Assembly (NCBI RefSeq): GCF_022045235.1
Contig: NW_027266264.1
Coordinates: forward strand, 66,836,001 to 66,900,000
Source: Haliotis cracherodii
Lineage: Eukaryota
Direction: 5' to 3'
DNA length: 64,000 nt
Shown: piece after piece, positions 42,201-51,526 of the stretch
Position numbering within the stretch: the stretch's first letter is position 1
How the letters are laid out: each line of letters starts with the position of its first letter
Notes under the pieces: generated by a model
Seen by the model: only the letters and a program-made list of their open reading frames with translations
What the model was told of the DNA's origin: nothing
Databases searched by the model: none
Program-made: the position numbers and the translations under genes

Positions 42201-45200
42201 CTTGTTCCATCCACTGTCACCTTGTTCCATCCACTGTCATCTTGTTCCATCCACTGTCACCTTGTTCCATCCACTGTCACCTTGTTCCATCCACTGTCAT
42301 CTTGTTCCATCCACTGTCATCTTGTTCCATCCACTGTCATCTTGTTCCATCCACTGTCACCTTGTTCCATCCAATGTCACCTTGTTCCATCCACTGTCAT
42401 CTTGTTCCATCCACTGTCATCTTGTTCCATCCACTGTCACCTTGTTCCATCCACTGTCACCTTGTTCCATCCACTGTCATCTTGTTCCATCCACTGTCAC
42501 CTTGTTCCATCCACTGTCACCTTGTTCCATCCACTGTCACCTTGTTCCATCCACTGTCACCTTGTTCCATCCACTGTCATCTTGTTCCATCCACTGTCAT
42601 CTTGTTCCACCCACTGTCATCTTGTTCCATCCACTGTCACCTTGTTCCATCCACTGTCACCTTGTTCCATCCACTGTCATCTTGTTCCATCCACTGTCAC
42701 CTTGTTCCATCCACTGTCATCTTGTTCCATGCACTGTCTATTCTAATTTAAACTACAGTTATAATGAACTCAAAGGGACCACTAATATTAGTTCGTAATA
42801 ACCGTAGTTCGTTACAAGCATATATACAGCATATTGCCTGGACTAAGTATTAAGTTCATTATATCGGTCACTTTGTTGTAAGCGTGTTCAGTATATACGT
42901 ATTTTACTGTATTTCAAATAATTCCAATATGATACCATGAAGCCAAAATGAAACGTTCCTGGTTACATCACCCACCCATGACTGTACATGCCACACCTAT
43001 GTTTTTGTCAACTCTGTAACTAGTTGTCAAGCGAACCTATTTTGAATTATGATATTACCACAAATAGTTTTGCCTACATACTGATCTGTATGTTTATCCA
43101 TGCAACTCTAGGATGGTTGTTACAATAGACCTTTTATTTCCAGTGCTCCAATAGTAGTCAGAGGCTTGAGGATACAACCCTTAACTTCATCAAGACCCAC
43201 CCATTGATGGACAGTTCTGTCCCTGCCCTAGGTGGCGCTCCACTCTTCATTCAGACAAGTTTCACGTAAGTCCCCTTTATGCTGTTTATTATCACCACAG
43301 AGCCAGTCTTTGAAGCTAACTAGAAAGGCATAGACACAATTCCAGTAATTTTGTCCTGCAGTGCAAGTGGAAAATCCAGCTAGTTATCAATGGATCATCT
43401 TTCCAGCCAATTCTTTGATACAGAGCAGTTTGTTACAATTTGAAATCTAGCACTGTCACAACATGATTGTCCCCACCTTTAGTGTGCTGCGGCTAAATAG
43501 CCTCTAGTTGTGTCCCAGACCATCTATGCCCCCTCTTGCTTCAACGATTACCAATAGACCATGAGTATTTTGTATGAAAACAATGGCTGGCTGTGCATGG
43601 CGCCTGGCAGCTCCCAGTTTTCTTTACTTATCTGTGAATCTTGGGGTGAATTTCAGACTGACATGTCCCCTGGGGCAGCCATCTTTGTTTATGGGATGCA
43701 ACATTTTGGTGGTTTCCTGAAGATGGTGGGTTAACGAGTGGGTGGTCTGGGAAATAATATGCCAGCGGAGACCAAATTAGACTTAACCTTTACTCTGTAT
43801 TATCCATATGTTTATGTTTGGTTAAAAATAATCGGTTTTGTTGTGGCATGGTTTTTATATGTATGTTTTCTTACAGGTCCCGCTTCACTCAGATCGCAAT
43901 TGACTGGCAAATCCGTGGAGTTGATAAATACCATGACATCATGTTTATCGGAACAGGTAAGTTGAGCAGTGGTTTCTGCTTCATATAATCATGTTATTAC
44001 GGTCTGTTTTGCAATAAGTTATCATCAACATATAAAACAAGAATACTTTTGCCCCTTTTCAGTGTAATTTATTTAATTTTGATATTACAGATGACGGAAG
44101 AGTCATTAAAGCTGTAAATACCCAAAAGGGTCCGAAAGACAAGATCCACACCGTTGTTATCGAGGAGATCCAGGTCTTGAAGAAGAATGAAACGATCGTC
44201 AACCTCAAGGTGTACCGCCGAGATGGTACTGAAAAGTTGGTGGTCGTCTCCAAGGACAATGTGGTCAGCATCCCTCTCCATCGCTGCAGCCACAAAAGCA
44301 CGTGTCACTCCTGTGTGGGCCTTCAGGACCCGTATTGTTCCTGGGTTGATGGTCGGTGCTCCAACACTAACAGAGGGTAAGGCATCAACATGCATATTCA
44401 GCAGATTTTGAACCTATGCTATAATCTTTATTCTGAGCCCTCTTCTACAAAGCGATAGTGCCAAGACTTGTAATGTGGAGTTGTATGTTGAAGTATGGAA
44501 GTAACAATTGTGTTAAGACCACTAGTGGGCCATGTATTGGAAGAAGTTAAATATTTAAAGCTCAGTAATGTTAATATCAATTTTTAAAAAATATTTAGTC
44601 ATTTTCAAGTTTGTATAATACTTTGTTATTACCACATTCCATGATTGTAGTGCGTAGTGTGTTTTGGTCTGTACATATGGTCAAATCTTTACATGTTGAT
44701 TATTTTTTCTTCACATTTGTTGTGTGATTGGTGTTAATGACACAATTTGGCTGTTCAGACTTCAGAGTGTCACAACTGGCAAATCTTCCGGCTGCGGCGT
44801 GGAGATCCTTGACGGTGAGTTTTGTTCTGTTCGTACTGTGTAGTCTACTTTATTTATTGCTGTGGTGTTGTAAATATTATGTAGCATTTTTGTTTGATGT
44901 GAGTTATAGTTCGATGTGAAGTAATATGATTTTATTAAGTTCCAGTTGGTAAGAATACTTATGAATATTTTGAAGCATTTCTTTACCTATGTCTTTTTTC
45001 TGCTTTGCTTTACGGTTTTGATTTGTCTTATTTTATAAGAATCAACCAGCACTACAACAACTCCAGCCACGGCCACTGTGCCACAAAAGTGTGTTTGTCC
45101 CCAGGTCACGGATCCTATTAAACCTGGGGTGGAAGAAGTCATTGACAATATTGGTTAGTTTATGTCCAAGGCATCAACAACATATCAACAATTGCTTTAA

Positions 45201-48072
45201 AAAATGAAATAAGAAATAAATATCACTGGTCGCTCAAACATAAAGTTACAAAAGAAAATGTGGCATGAACCTTCAATATAATCAAATAATTTGAAATTTG
45301 TCCATATTTCATAGTGTAAAAGCATGTGTTGAAATAGAAATTTAGATACTGTAACATAATGGAATGTAATTTTATGACCTGAAGTGTGCTGCAATCTATT
45401 ACACTAACACACGCATGCCTTCCCTTCTTAAGGCCACCACTGTAACACGCTGGAGAAAATACTTGTATTCGATTATAACTTTCTTTTTGATGTTTGCTGT
45501 TTTCATGCCTCAGTTGCTTTTTAAATGTTATTTCAACTTTCATTTTCTTCTGTTAATTGTCATTTGAAATTTCATCCTAAATATCATCATAACAAGAGGT
45601 GAGAAATATCCCAGATTAACCTGTCATCTCATTCTCCCTGTGTTTGTCTCATCAGGACCCAATATGGCTTCTACAAAACAACCCGCTCCCAAGACAACCT
45701 ACCCTGAAGCTAAATATGACGGTAAGGCACACTGCATCTGTCTGATAGCTCTTCACGATGGCGAGGCAATCCTCATGTAGTTCTGCTTGCTTAGTTTGCT
45801 TCTAACCGCTTGCTTACCCTAGTCTCTCACTGCTTGGTTCGGGGTGTTCCTCCTCAAGTAGCTAGTTTACCTTGCATAGACTGCTTGTTGTCTCCAGACT
45901 CTTGTGCTTGTGTATGTTTGTGTGTGTGCATATGCATTGCTGTGGTGATTCACATCTTTCAACTCTTTGTATTACCTACATGTCTGTCTTTAGTTGACCA
46001 TAGTAAGTTCTTTCTCTTGGGGCCTGGATGTTCCAGTCGTCTAAGGTGCCGCAATTTCACTGCTCACAGTTGTGTCACTTAGGCGAGCTGCCATCCTATA
46101 ATCGTGGGTTCGAGTCCCAGATTTGGTTTGATTGTGATTCTGGGTTTGTCAGCTCCAAACCCGGCCTCATGGGTTCTCCACAATGGTAAATGACCTGCAT
46201 CACTTTGGGCTTTCCTCTCACATCATGCTGACATGCTGTGATAGCTGAAATGATGTTCAAAGAGATGAAAAACCAAACACATTCTCTTTCTTTTTCTCCA
46301 GCAGCTTTTGGGTAGCCCAGTAGTTAATGTGATCACTCATCACACATAGACATAGGTTCTATTCTCCTCAAGGAGCTTTTGACTCTGCTGTCTCTTCCTC
46401 TCCAGAATCCAAGATGGGAAGCACACTTCTTCTTTCTCTACATCTTTCTTCATTTCTCTTTCAAAGAATCTGCTAATAATATTATTTGTATCCTATTTGG
46501 TTTGTTCAGTTTGGTCTTCATTCTTAACTTGGTAGCTGACTAACATTTTGCCATTGTGAAAAGACTACTAGACGATGCAGTCTGTCTTAACCATGCCATG
46601 GACAACTAACATGAATGTAATAGATTAGTCTAGTGAATGTTGGATAGCTATTGCATGTGGTATTTGCATTTGTGTTAGATAGAGACCTCCATCTTTGTGT
46701 AGCAGATGATTTATAATCCAAAACATGTCCCAACGTCTAAAACTGGCAAAATAGATGAGTTCCTTCATGCATTCACAAATTGTATACCTGTTTATCATAC
46801 AGACAGGATCATAATCAAGTCACAAGCAAGAAATATTGCATTTAGGAGTACACTGCTGTTGAACCAAATCTTGAATTGCAACTGAGCACTGAACTCATCT
46901 CAATCATGGAACTTTGTTTTGGCTAGTACTGTACAAACATCCCTATGATCTGAACTGAACTTTAATCACTCAGGCCGCTATTAGCATCATAGAGGTACAA
47001 AAATATGCATCTACAAATATGTGCACACTTTACAGTGGAACATAGTGTTCTATATCCCGCACAATTTGACTAGTACTGTACAAACATTCCCAAGATTACA
47101 TCAGTGGAACACAGTGTTCTATATCTAGTTCTGGCCATTGATACAGATTATTGAGATTGATAATAACTTGATATCGATCAATTATCGATAAGTAACTTTA
47201 AGCAAATATGGGAGAAAGTCCCAAAAGAAACCAACATATTTCCAGAACTTGTGAGCAATGACACGTTTATACATAATTTTGTGGACATTTGAGATGTAAC
47301 AAAAGTAGTTGCTTTCCGTTTTTGACAATTGACATTATTGACAGTAACACGTCTGTCTCAGTAAATCTAAACTTTATTTCATCACAATAGAATATGTAAG
47401 TTTTTGATGACAACAATTTCACATTGATCATAATTAATAGTTCCTCACATTGACAATAATTCCAATTAACGATCTATATAACCAGCCCTATCGATATCAG
47501 ACACAATTTGACCAGTGCTATACAAACATCCCCATGCCATGAATTGTTCTGTCCCAGTTGAGATCAAGATGGAAGGGGGGTTTGTTTTGGAGAGTAGTGT
47601 ACGTGGTTGTCTGATGCCTTGGATATGGACTTGAATAACCATGTTTTCTTTCTGCAGATGGAGACTCAGTGTAGGCTCAGTCCTGTAACATATGACAACA
47701 ATGTTTTCTTTTCTTTTTCCAGGAGGTCGTATTGATGCCACTCATCAAGATCCATCAGGAGTTAATACAGCGGAAACCCTTGCTATCGCAATCGTTGTCT
47801 CCATCGTCCTTTCAATGCTCGTCGGATTCCTCATCGGTTATAAAGTAAGCTCGTGCAGAGCATCACGTGACATAGACACTCCATATCATGAGCGCAACAT
47901 CTCCCTGAGCAAGAGATCCAACAGACTTTCTTCAGGGGACCATACGTATTTCACACCAGAAAATCCATACAACAAAAGTTTTAGTTACGTTGTGAACGTT
48001 AAAACACCTGGGAAATTAAATACAAGTGTGGAAACCAAACCAGTGACTAAATCCAACAAGGTTTACTTATAG
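18190..48072 (+). CDS. Sema1a: Semaphorin-1A-like transmembrane semaphorin, complete spliced CDS, 18 coding exons, 721 aa: join(18190..18289,33949..34048,34355..34400,34613..34675,37481..37591,37789..37876,39727..39837,40176..40264,40483..40624,40758..40851,41099..41246,43144..43265,43877..43956,44091..44376,44759..44814,45040..45153,45656..45721,47723..48072)
   Basis: Hand-spliced exons give one open frame with matching intron phases (sum 2166 nt). Sema-domain motifs: [105 protein letters not shown] domain: [14 protein letters not shown]. No Ig or TSP1 domain. TM helix preceded by TAETL and a C-terminus KVYL, as I recall for invertebrate class-1 semaphorins. Orthology to 1a rather than another class-1 paralogue is from memory. 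Confidence 0.93.
30541..30672 (+). mobile_element. Diverged family A SINE copy
   Basis: catgctgaagaccagggttcaatttcccacatgggtaaaatgtgtgaagcccatttctggtgtc..actcactcact matches 63273-63471. Confidence 0.8.
33949..34048 (+). CDS. Sema1a: Sema-1a coding exon 2 ([34 protein letters not shown])
   Basis: tttctag| ... |gtaagt, phase 1 to 2; DHFRLL...LLGA-N is typical of the start of a sema domain. Confidence 0.9.
34355..34400 (+). CDS. Sema1a: Sema-1a coding exon 3 ([15 protein letters not shown])
   Basis: tttcag| ... |gtaagt, phase 2 to 0. Confidence 0.9.
34613..34675 (+). CDS. Sema1a: Sema-1a coding exon 4 ([21 protein letters not shown])
   Basis: tttcag| ... |gtaagt, phase 0 to 0; conserved I-x-W...C-x-x-K pattern. 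Confidence 0.92.
34861..35002 (+). mobile_element. Family A SINE copy with internal deletion and (ACTC)n tail
   Basis: ggggtggtggggtagcctagtggttaaagc (A box), gggttcgattcccc (B box), attgctggaatat, (actc)n. Confidence 0.85.
36818..37044. repeat. Local direct duplication of a ~105 bp segment (period ~120-127 bp)
   Basis: aagaat.tacttaaaggga.tct...tcaatatgtgaggcatatgctta.atcaatgaggtcacacagtatttac.ttgcat occurs at 36818-36925 and 36945-37044. Confidence 0.9.
37481..37591 (+). CDS. Sema1a: Sema-1a coding exon 5 ([37 protein letters not shown])
   Basis: ctttcag| ... |gtaagt; hallmark CxNYIR and CGTNAFxPxC motifs. Confidence 0.96.
37789..37876 (+). CDS. Sema1a: Sema-1a coding exon 6 ([29 protein letters not shown]), ending at a GC donor
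   Basis: cccacag| ... CAG|gcaagt; CPYDP motif; only the GC donor gives the phase needed by exon 7. Confidence 0.92.
39727..39837 (+). CDS. Sema1a: Sema-1a coding exon 7 ([37 protein letters not shown])
   Basis: ttccag| ... |gtaggt, phase 1 to 1. Confidence 0.96.
40176..40264 (+). CDS. Sema1a: Sema-1a coding exon 8 ([30 protein letters not shown])
   Basis: ttccag| ... |gtgaga, phase 1 to 0. Confidence 0.96.
40483..40624 (+). CDS. Sema1a: Sema-1a coding exon 9 ([47 protein letters not shown])
   Basis: ccttcag| ... |gtgagt, phase 0 to 1. Confidence 0.97.
40758..40851 (+). CDS. Sema1a: Sema-1a coding exon 10 ([31 protein letters not shown])
   Basis: cttttag| ... |gtaagt, phase 1 to 2. Confidence 0.94.
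41099..41246 (+). CDS. Sema1a: Sema-1a coding exon 11 ([50 protein letters not shown])
   Basis: cttgcag| ... AAG|gtaaga, phase 2 to 0. Confidence 0.96.
41260..42738. repeat. 20 bp minisatellite cttgttccatccactgtca(c/t), ~74 copies, in intron 11
   Basis: Exact 20 bp period with no indels, starting 14 nt after the exon 11 donor. Confidence 0.99.
42745..42909. mobile_element. Second, more diverged and inverted copy of the 12567-12741 MITE
   Basis: aactacagttataatgaactcaaagggaccactaa..ttagttcgtaataaccgtagttcgtta is the reverse complement of the right half of the first copy; ends tttactg|ta. Confidence 0.8.
43144..43265 (+). CDS. Sema1a: Sema-1a coding exon 12 ([40 protein letters not shown])
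   Basis: tttccag| ... |gtaagt, phase 0 to 2. Confidence 0.96.
43877..43956 (+). CDS. Sema1a: Sema-1a coding exon 13 ([27 protein letters not shown])
   Basis: cttacag| ... |gtaagt, phase 2 to 1. Confidence 0.95.
44091..44376 (+). CDS. Sema1a: Sema-1a coding exon 14 (end of the sema domain, [10 protein letters not shown]...IEEIQVL...SIPLHRC, plus PSI domain [19 protein letters not shown])
   Basis: attacag| ... |gtaagg, phase 1 to 2. Confidence 0.96.
44759..44814 (+). CDS. Sema1a: Sema-1a coding exon 15 ([19 protein letters not shown]; end of PSI)
   Basis: gttcag| ... |gtgagt, phase 2 to 1; LQ-x-V-x-x-G...C completes the PSI domain. Confidence 0.9.
45040..45153 (+). CDS. Sema1a: Sema-1a coding exon 16 (stalk: [38 protein letters not shown])
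   Basis: Long U-rich tract with an AAG acceptor, donor G|gttagt, 114 nt, phase 1 to 1, open frame, mucin-like composition. Confidence 0.75.
45656..45721 (+). CDS. Sema1a: Sema-1a coding exon 17 (stalk: [22 protein letters not shown])
   Basis: tgtttgtctcatcag| ... G|gtaagg, 66 nt, phase 1 to 1. Confidence 0.75.
46021..46280 (+). mobile_element. SINE-like family C copy (tRNA-like head)
   Basis: ggcctggatgttccagtcgtctaaggtgcc...cgtgggttcgagtccca (A/B-box-like); body shared with 2335-2580 and 57436-57735. Confidence 0.7.
47126..47490. mobile_element. Old non-autonomous DNA transposon (hAT-like), 365 bp
   Basis: Ends tagttctgg / ccagcccta (degenerate TAGGGCTGG TIR); 8 bp TSD tctatatc / tcgatatc (7 of 8 match); splits one unit of a local ~70 bp repeat. 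Confidence 0.55.
47723..48072 (+). CDS. Sema1a: Sema-1a terminal coding exon 18 (TM helix [21 protein letters not shown] and cytoplasmic tail ending SNKVYL)
   Basis: ttttctttttccag| phase 1; ~21 aa hydrophobic helix; TAG at 48070-48072. Confidence 0.93.
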
Positions 48073-51000
48073 CAAGCGGGAAACAAACATTGACTCATGT
48101 TTTCTGTGGTGCTGGGCTTGTGCTGGCCTAGGTCAGCTAGAAAAGCATATGGTTCGAAGTGAAAACTTTGACCAACCAGCATGTCTGAGATGCCCACACA
48201 CCTGATGAGGCGACGTGGTGACCTCTACTGATGCCGTAGCTGGGCTACAGGCCATCAAGAAATAGTGCTAACAGCCCCATGGCAACCTCATGGGCAGGTC
48301 CTGTGTCCTGGACAAACTTTTAATTTCCTTCAGGTGTATTCCTAATAGCCAACGTTATGCTTAGTTCATTGCTGGTCTAGTAACTGTGTATTTTGGCTAT
48401 GCAATCATGCTATCTTCCAGGAACACCTACAGTGTTGTGCTGAAACTGTAACCTCGTGTCTGGTGAAACCAAGAGACAGAATGGCGACTTGTGTTGTATC
48501 TGCAATCAAACTGTTTGCATACATTCCAAGCACTGTGCAATACATTATGGGAAAATGGACCAATATTCTGAAATATATTTATATGTATATCAGAAAGAAG
48601 TCAAGACATGCTATATTGATACTGTGTTATCAGACATTTGGTTCGCTGTGGTTATCAGAAACAGAACTTCTCTGTGTGGGTCAAACATCGAATGTTCCAT
48701 GAGATGTTCCATGAGATGTCGGCTTGCACTGAGGGAGATAGTGATCTCAAAAACATTCAAATTAAAGCATCTAAATTGATACAATGCGAAAGTATTTGTG
48801 GACGATACTCAATTATGTGCTCAAAATTGTCATACGGTGCTGATGTCGTCAAGGTAACCAGTGGTTACCATGGCAAGGAAGGTCACAATTTACCAAATTT
48901 TCATCAAGAAGCAGGGATATAGCTTTAGTTATGAATGCAGAGCTAAGTGTTTTTCTGTGAAACGATAAGACAAGTCTTAGTATAACAGTGCTTGTAGTAA
49001 TAGTCATCCCTGCATCTTATTGGTATCATGGCATTAATTAACCCTGATTCCAGCACGTTTCTCACGCCATTTTCAAAGTGAACACTTCAACACTGAGGTG
49101 CATTTAGCAGTTATCCATCTTGAATAATCATGTGACATCAACACTCTTGGAGCATATCACTTAAATCTCAATGGTTGTTACCTGTTCTGTACAGTACTCA
49201 AATTATCTATGTATATAAAAAAAATATACAATCACATGTTTATAACAGTTGGTTCAACAACAAGCTTCAAATATTTTTTTGGATCTACATTCTTCAAAAT
49301 CACATTTTATTAATTAATCACACATGTCATTTGTTCCTGAATTGTTATCAATGATGTTTTAGCATTGTTGCTTGATAAAGACTGTTTGAATCATGTTGAT
49401 GAAACCAATACTTATATATTCAGTGTAAGTGTTCCTACAACCTACAAGTATTGACTGTACATAAAAGGACTACATCGTGAGTTTAGCAAGGCCAGTGATA
49501 GTTGTTAGCCTTAGAGGCATTATTCTTCCACAGAAGTCATCTTTTTGCTTGGTAATATTCTAGGAGTTTATATTTTCCAACACCCCCTTGGGACCATTTG
49601 CCAAATTTTAATATAAAACATTTTTTATAAAAAGAAAAATATTATTAAAAAAAATGTTTTATTCATTTTTAATTGTATCTTTAAAAACAAACAAATTTTT
49701 GGTCACAAGGTATAGGTATATATTTCATTTGTTTTCTCACATGTTCTGGGAGCACCTGACAGAGGTAAACATTGCGTCACCGTAGCGACGCTCCCATATT
49801 GACGGCCATGTTGACACTATGGGTAGCTCCCCAAAGCGAGTCACAGTTTACCAAATAGGCCTCTGAGCACTTACATTTGGCTTTCAAAGAGGATTGCCCA
49901 CATTTCCACGTGCAAATTGTAGTCAGTCCCAAGTGACACTAGTGTGAGAGAATGAATGGAATCATTATACTGTTATATTCATATCTGGGTCAATGCATTA
50001 TACACGTATTATACAGCGAGCCATACTGATATCATTTCTTCTGATCTGGATTAGAATGTGTTTTTTAAATCTATTTAATTCATGAATATTCATATTTTTG
50101 TTAAGAAAGAGGTGTGAAAGAATTTTATGATCTAAAATTAGAATTATTAATTTAATTTCTTCAAAATTGAAATAAAAATCAATGAAGCATACCAAAGTAT
50201 GTTTATTACAAGATCTCTCAACCAAGAAAACCATGCTTGACAAGACATAATAAAAGAAGGGAAGAGCTCAGAAGTTTAGCTGAATAATCAAAATTACATA
50301 ATAATTGGGCAACATTTTTATGTTTTTAATCGGAATATTTATAGGGCAATGCTGTGGTTGTTTTGTGTACAAATGTATGTACAGCCTGAAACATCATACC
50401 TCATTCTTGTGTTCAGACAAGGATTGAGGCCTGATGTTATGGGCTAAGTTAAAGGGAGCTTACTATGCTTCTGTATGATATTACAGCAACTGTGATGGAT
50501 TGCCAAAGATTTTAAGAATCAGTTGTATAGTTGTCACACTTAATCTTCCATCTTTTCTTCCATGAAATATTGTGTGTCATTTTATTTCATTGTAAATAGT
50601 GTACAGAAAATCATTATGCCATGTTGTCTTGTATAAATGCTAACAAATATTATTTTTTTACCGCTTCATGTCTGTTAATAATGGTATTGAATGCAGATTG
50701 CAGTGTTGACAGTGAGGTTAGGAAAGCTGGAGCAGCTCAGTAGGTCTTGGAGGGGGGGAAGGGGGAGGGGGGTCCATAGGGAGAGGACATGGTTGTACTT
50801 TAGGAGAATTTGGATGCACTTTTGGGGAATGTAAATATCTGTCTTTGAAAGGGAACCTTGGGTTGGTAAAATTGGATAATTGTAGTTATTGAATGTAACT
50901 GTGAGATTAGCAGTGTTACTGACTTCTAAATTTATATTATTTTTTCTTAAGAATTCATTGTACGCAATATATGATATAAATTTGAAAAATATATGAAAAT

Positions 51001-51500
51001 GTTAATTTTGAAATTTGATACTAAAATGGTAGGATTGTGATAGGGTGTAAGGGGGAGGGTAAGGGGGAGACTTGAGCTGCGCTAGTGTAGAAGGTGCTCA
51101 ACAGTATTTATGACAAACCATTCCATAACATTATGATGGAAAGACGACTAATGAGAAAATGAATAGATAGAACAAGAGACACAGAAAATTCGGATTTTCA
51201 TGATGCTTTTAACTTGATTTTAGACTTTAATTCCGCTTTTTGAGAGAAACTGTATAATTTTACAGAAATAGACCATATGGAGACTAGATTTCGTGTTTTT
51301 AGTTTTAAAGGAGCTTTAACAGTGAATGAGGTTGTACTTGTACTTGAGCTTGGTGTTGATGTATAAAGTGTATTCTGTAATGTGATATAGCTGCACTGCC
51401 AGTGTGTGTATATATGTATATTTGTCCAGTGTCAAGTGCATAGTAAAAAATGCAATGGAATGACACTAACAAACTAAATAAAACAAAAAATAATTAATAT
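48073..51500 (+). other. Probable 3' UTR of Sema-1a (~3.4 kb)
   Basis: AU-rich stretch after the stop with no repeats that I recognise, ending at AATAAA plus a downstream GU/U-rich element; interspersed repeats and satellites resume right after it. Confidence 0.6.
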
Positions 51501-51526
51501 AATGTTCTTTTTTTGTTATCTGTGTT
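51477..51526 (+). promoter_or_regulatory. Polyadenylation signal AATAAA (51477-51482) with downstream U/GU-rich element
   Basis: aataaa followed ~20 nt later by tgttcttttttttgttatctgtgtt; upstream TGTA elements at ~51360-51420. Confidence 0.55.

Noticed and set aside
41260-42738. CRISPR-like regular repeat array
   Set aside because: Units are head-to-tail with no unique spacers, there are no cas genes and the context is a eukaryotic intron; it is a minisatellite. The same applies to the 22, 32 and 33 bp arrays.
41031-42798. 489-571 aa His/Cys-rich ORFs
   Set aside because: Open in all three frames only because the 20 bp unit lacks stops; only 41099-41246 is a real exon.
46302-46315. Another possible phase-1 acceptor with early stop (ttctccag|ca gct ttt ggg tag)
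   Set aside because: It sits between a SINE tail and a decayed SINE head, and pyrimidine tracts there are expected by chance. It is much weaker as a candidate than the 47658 site, though it can be checked in the same RNA-seq test.
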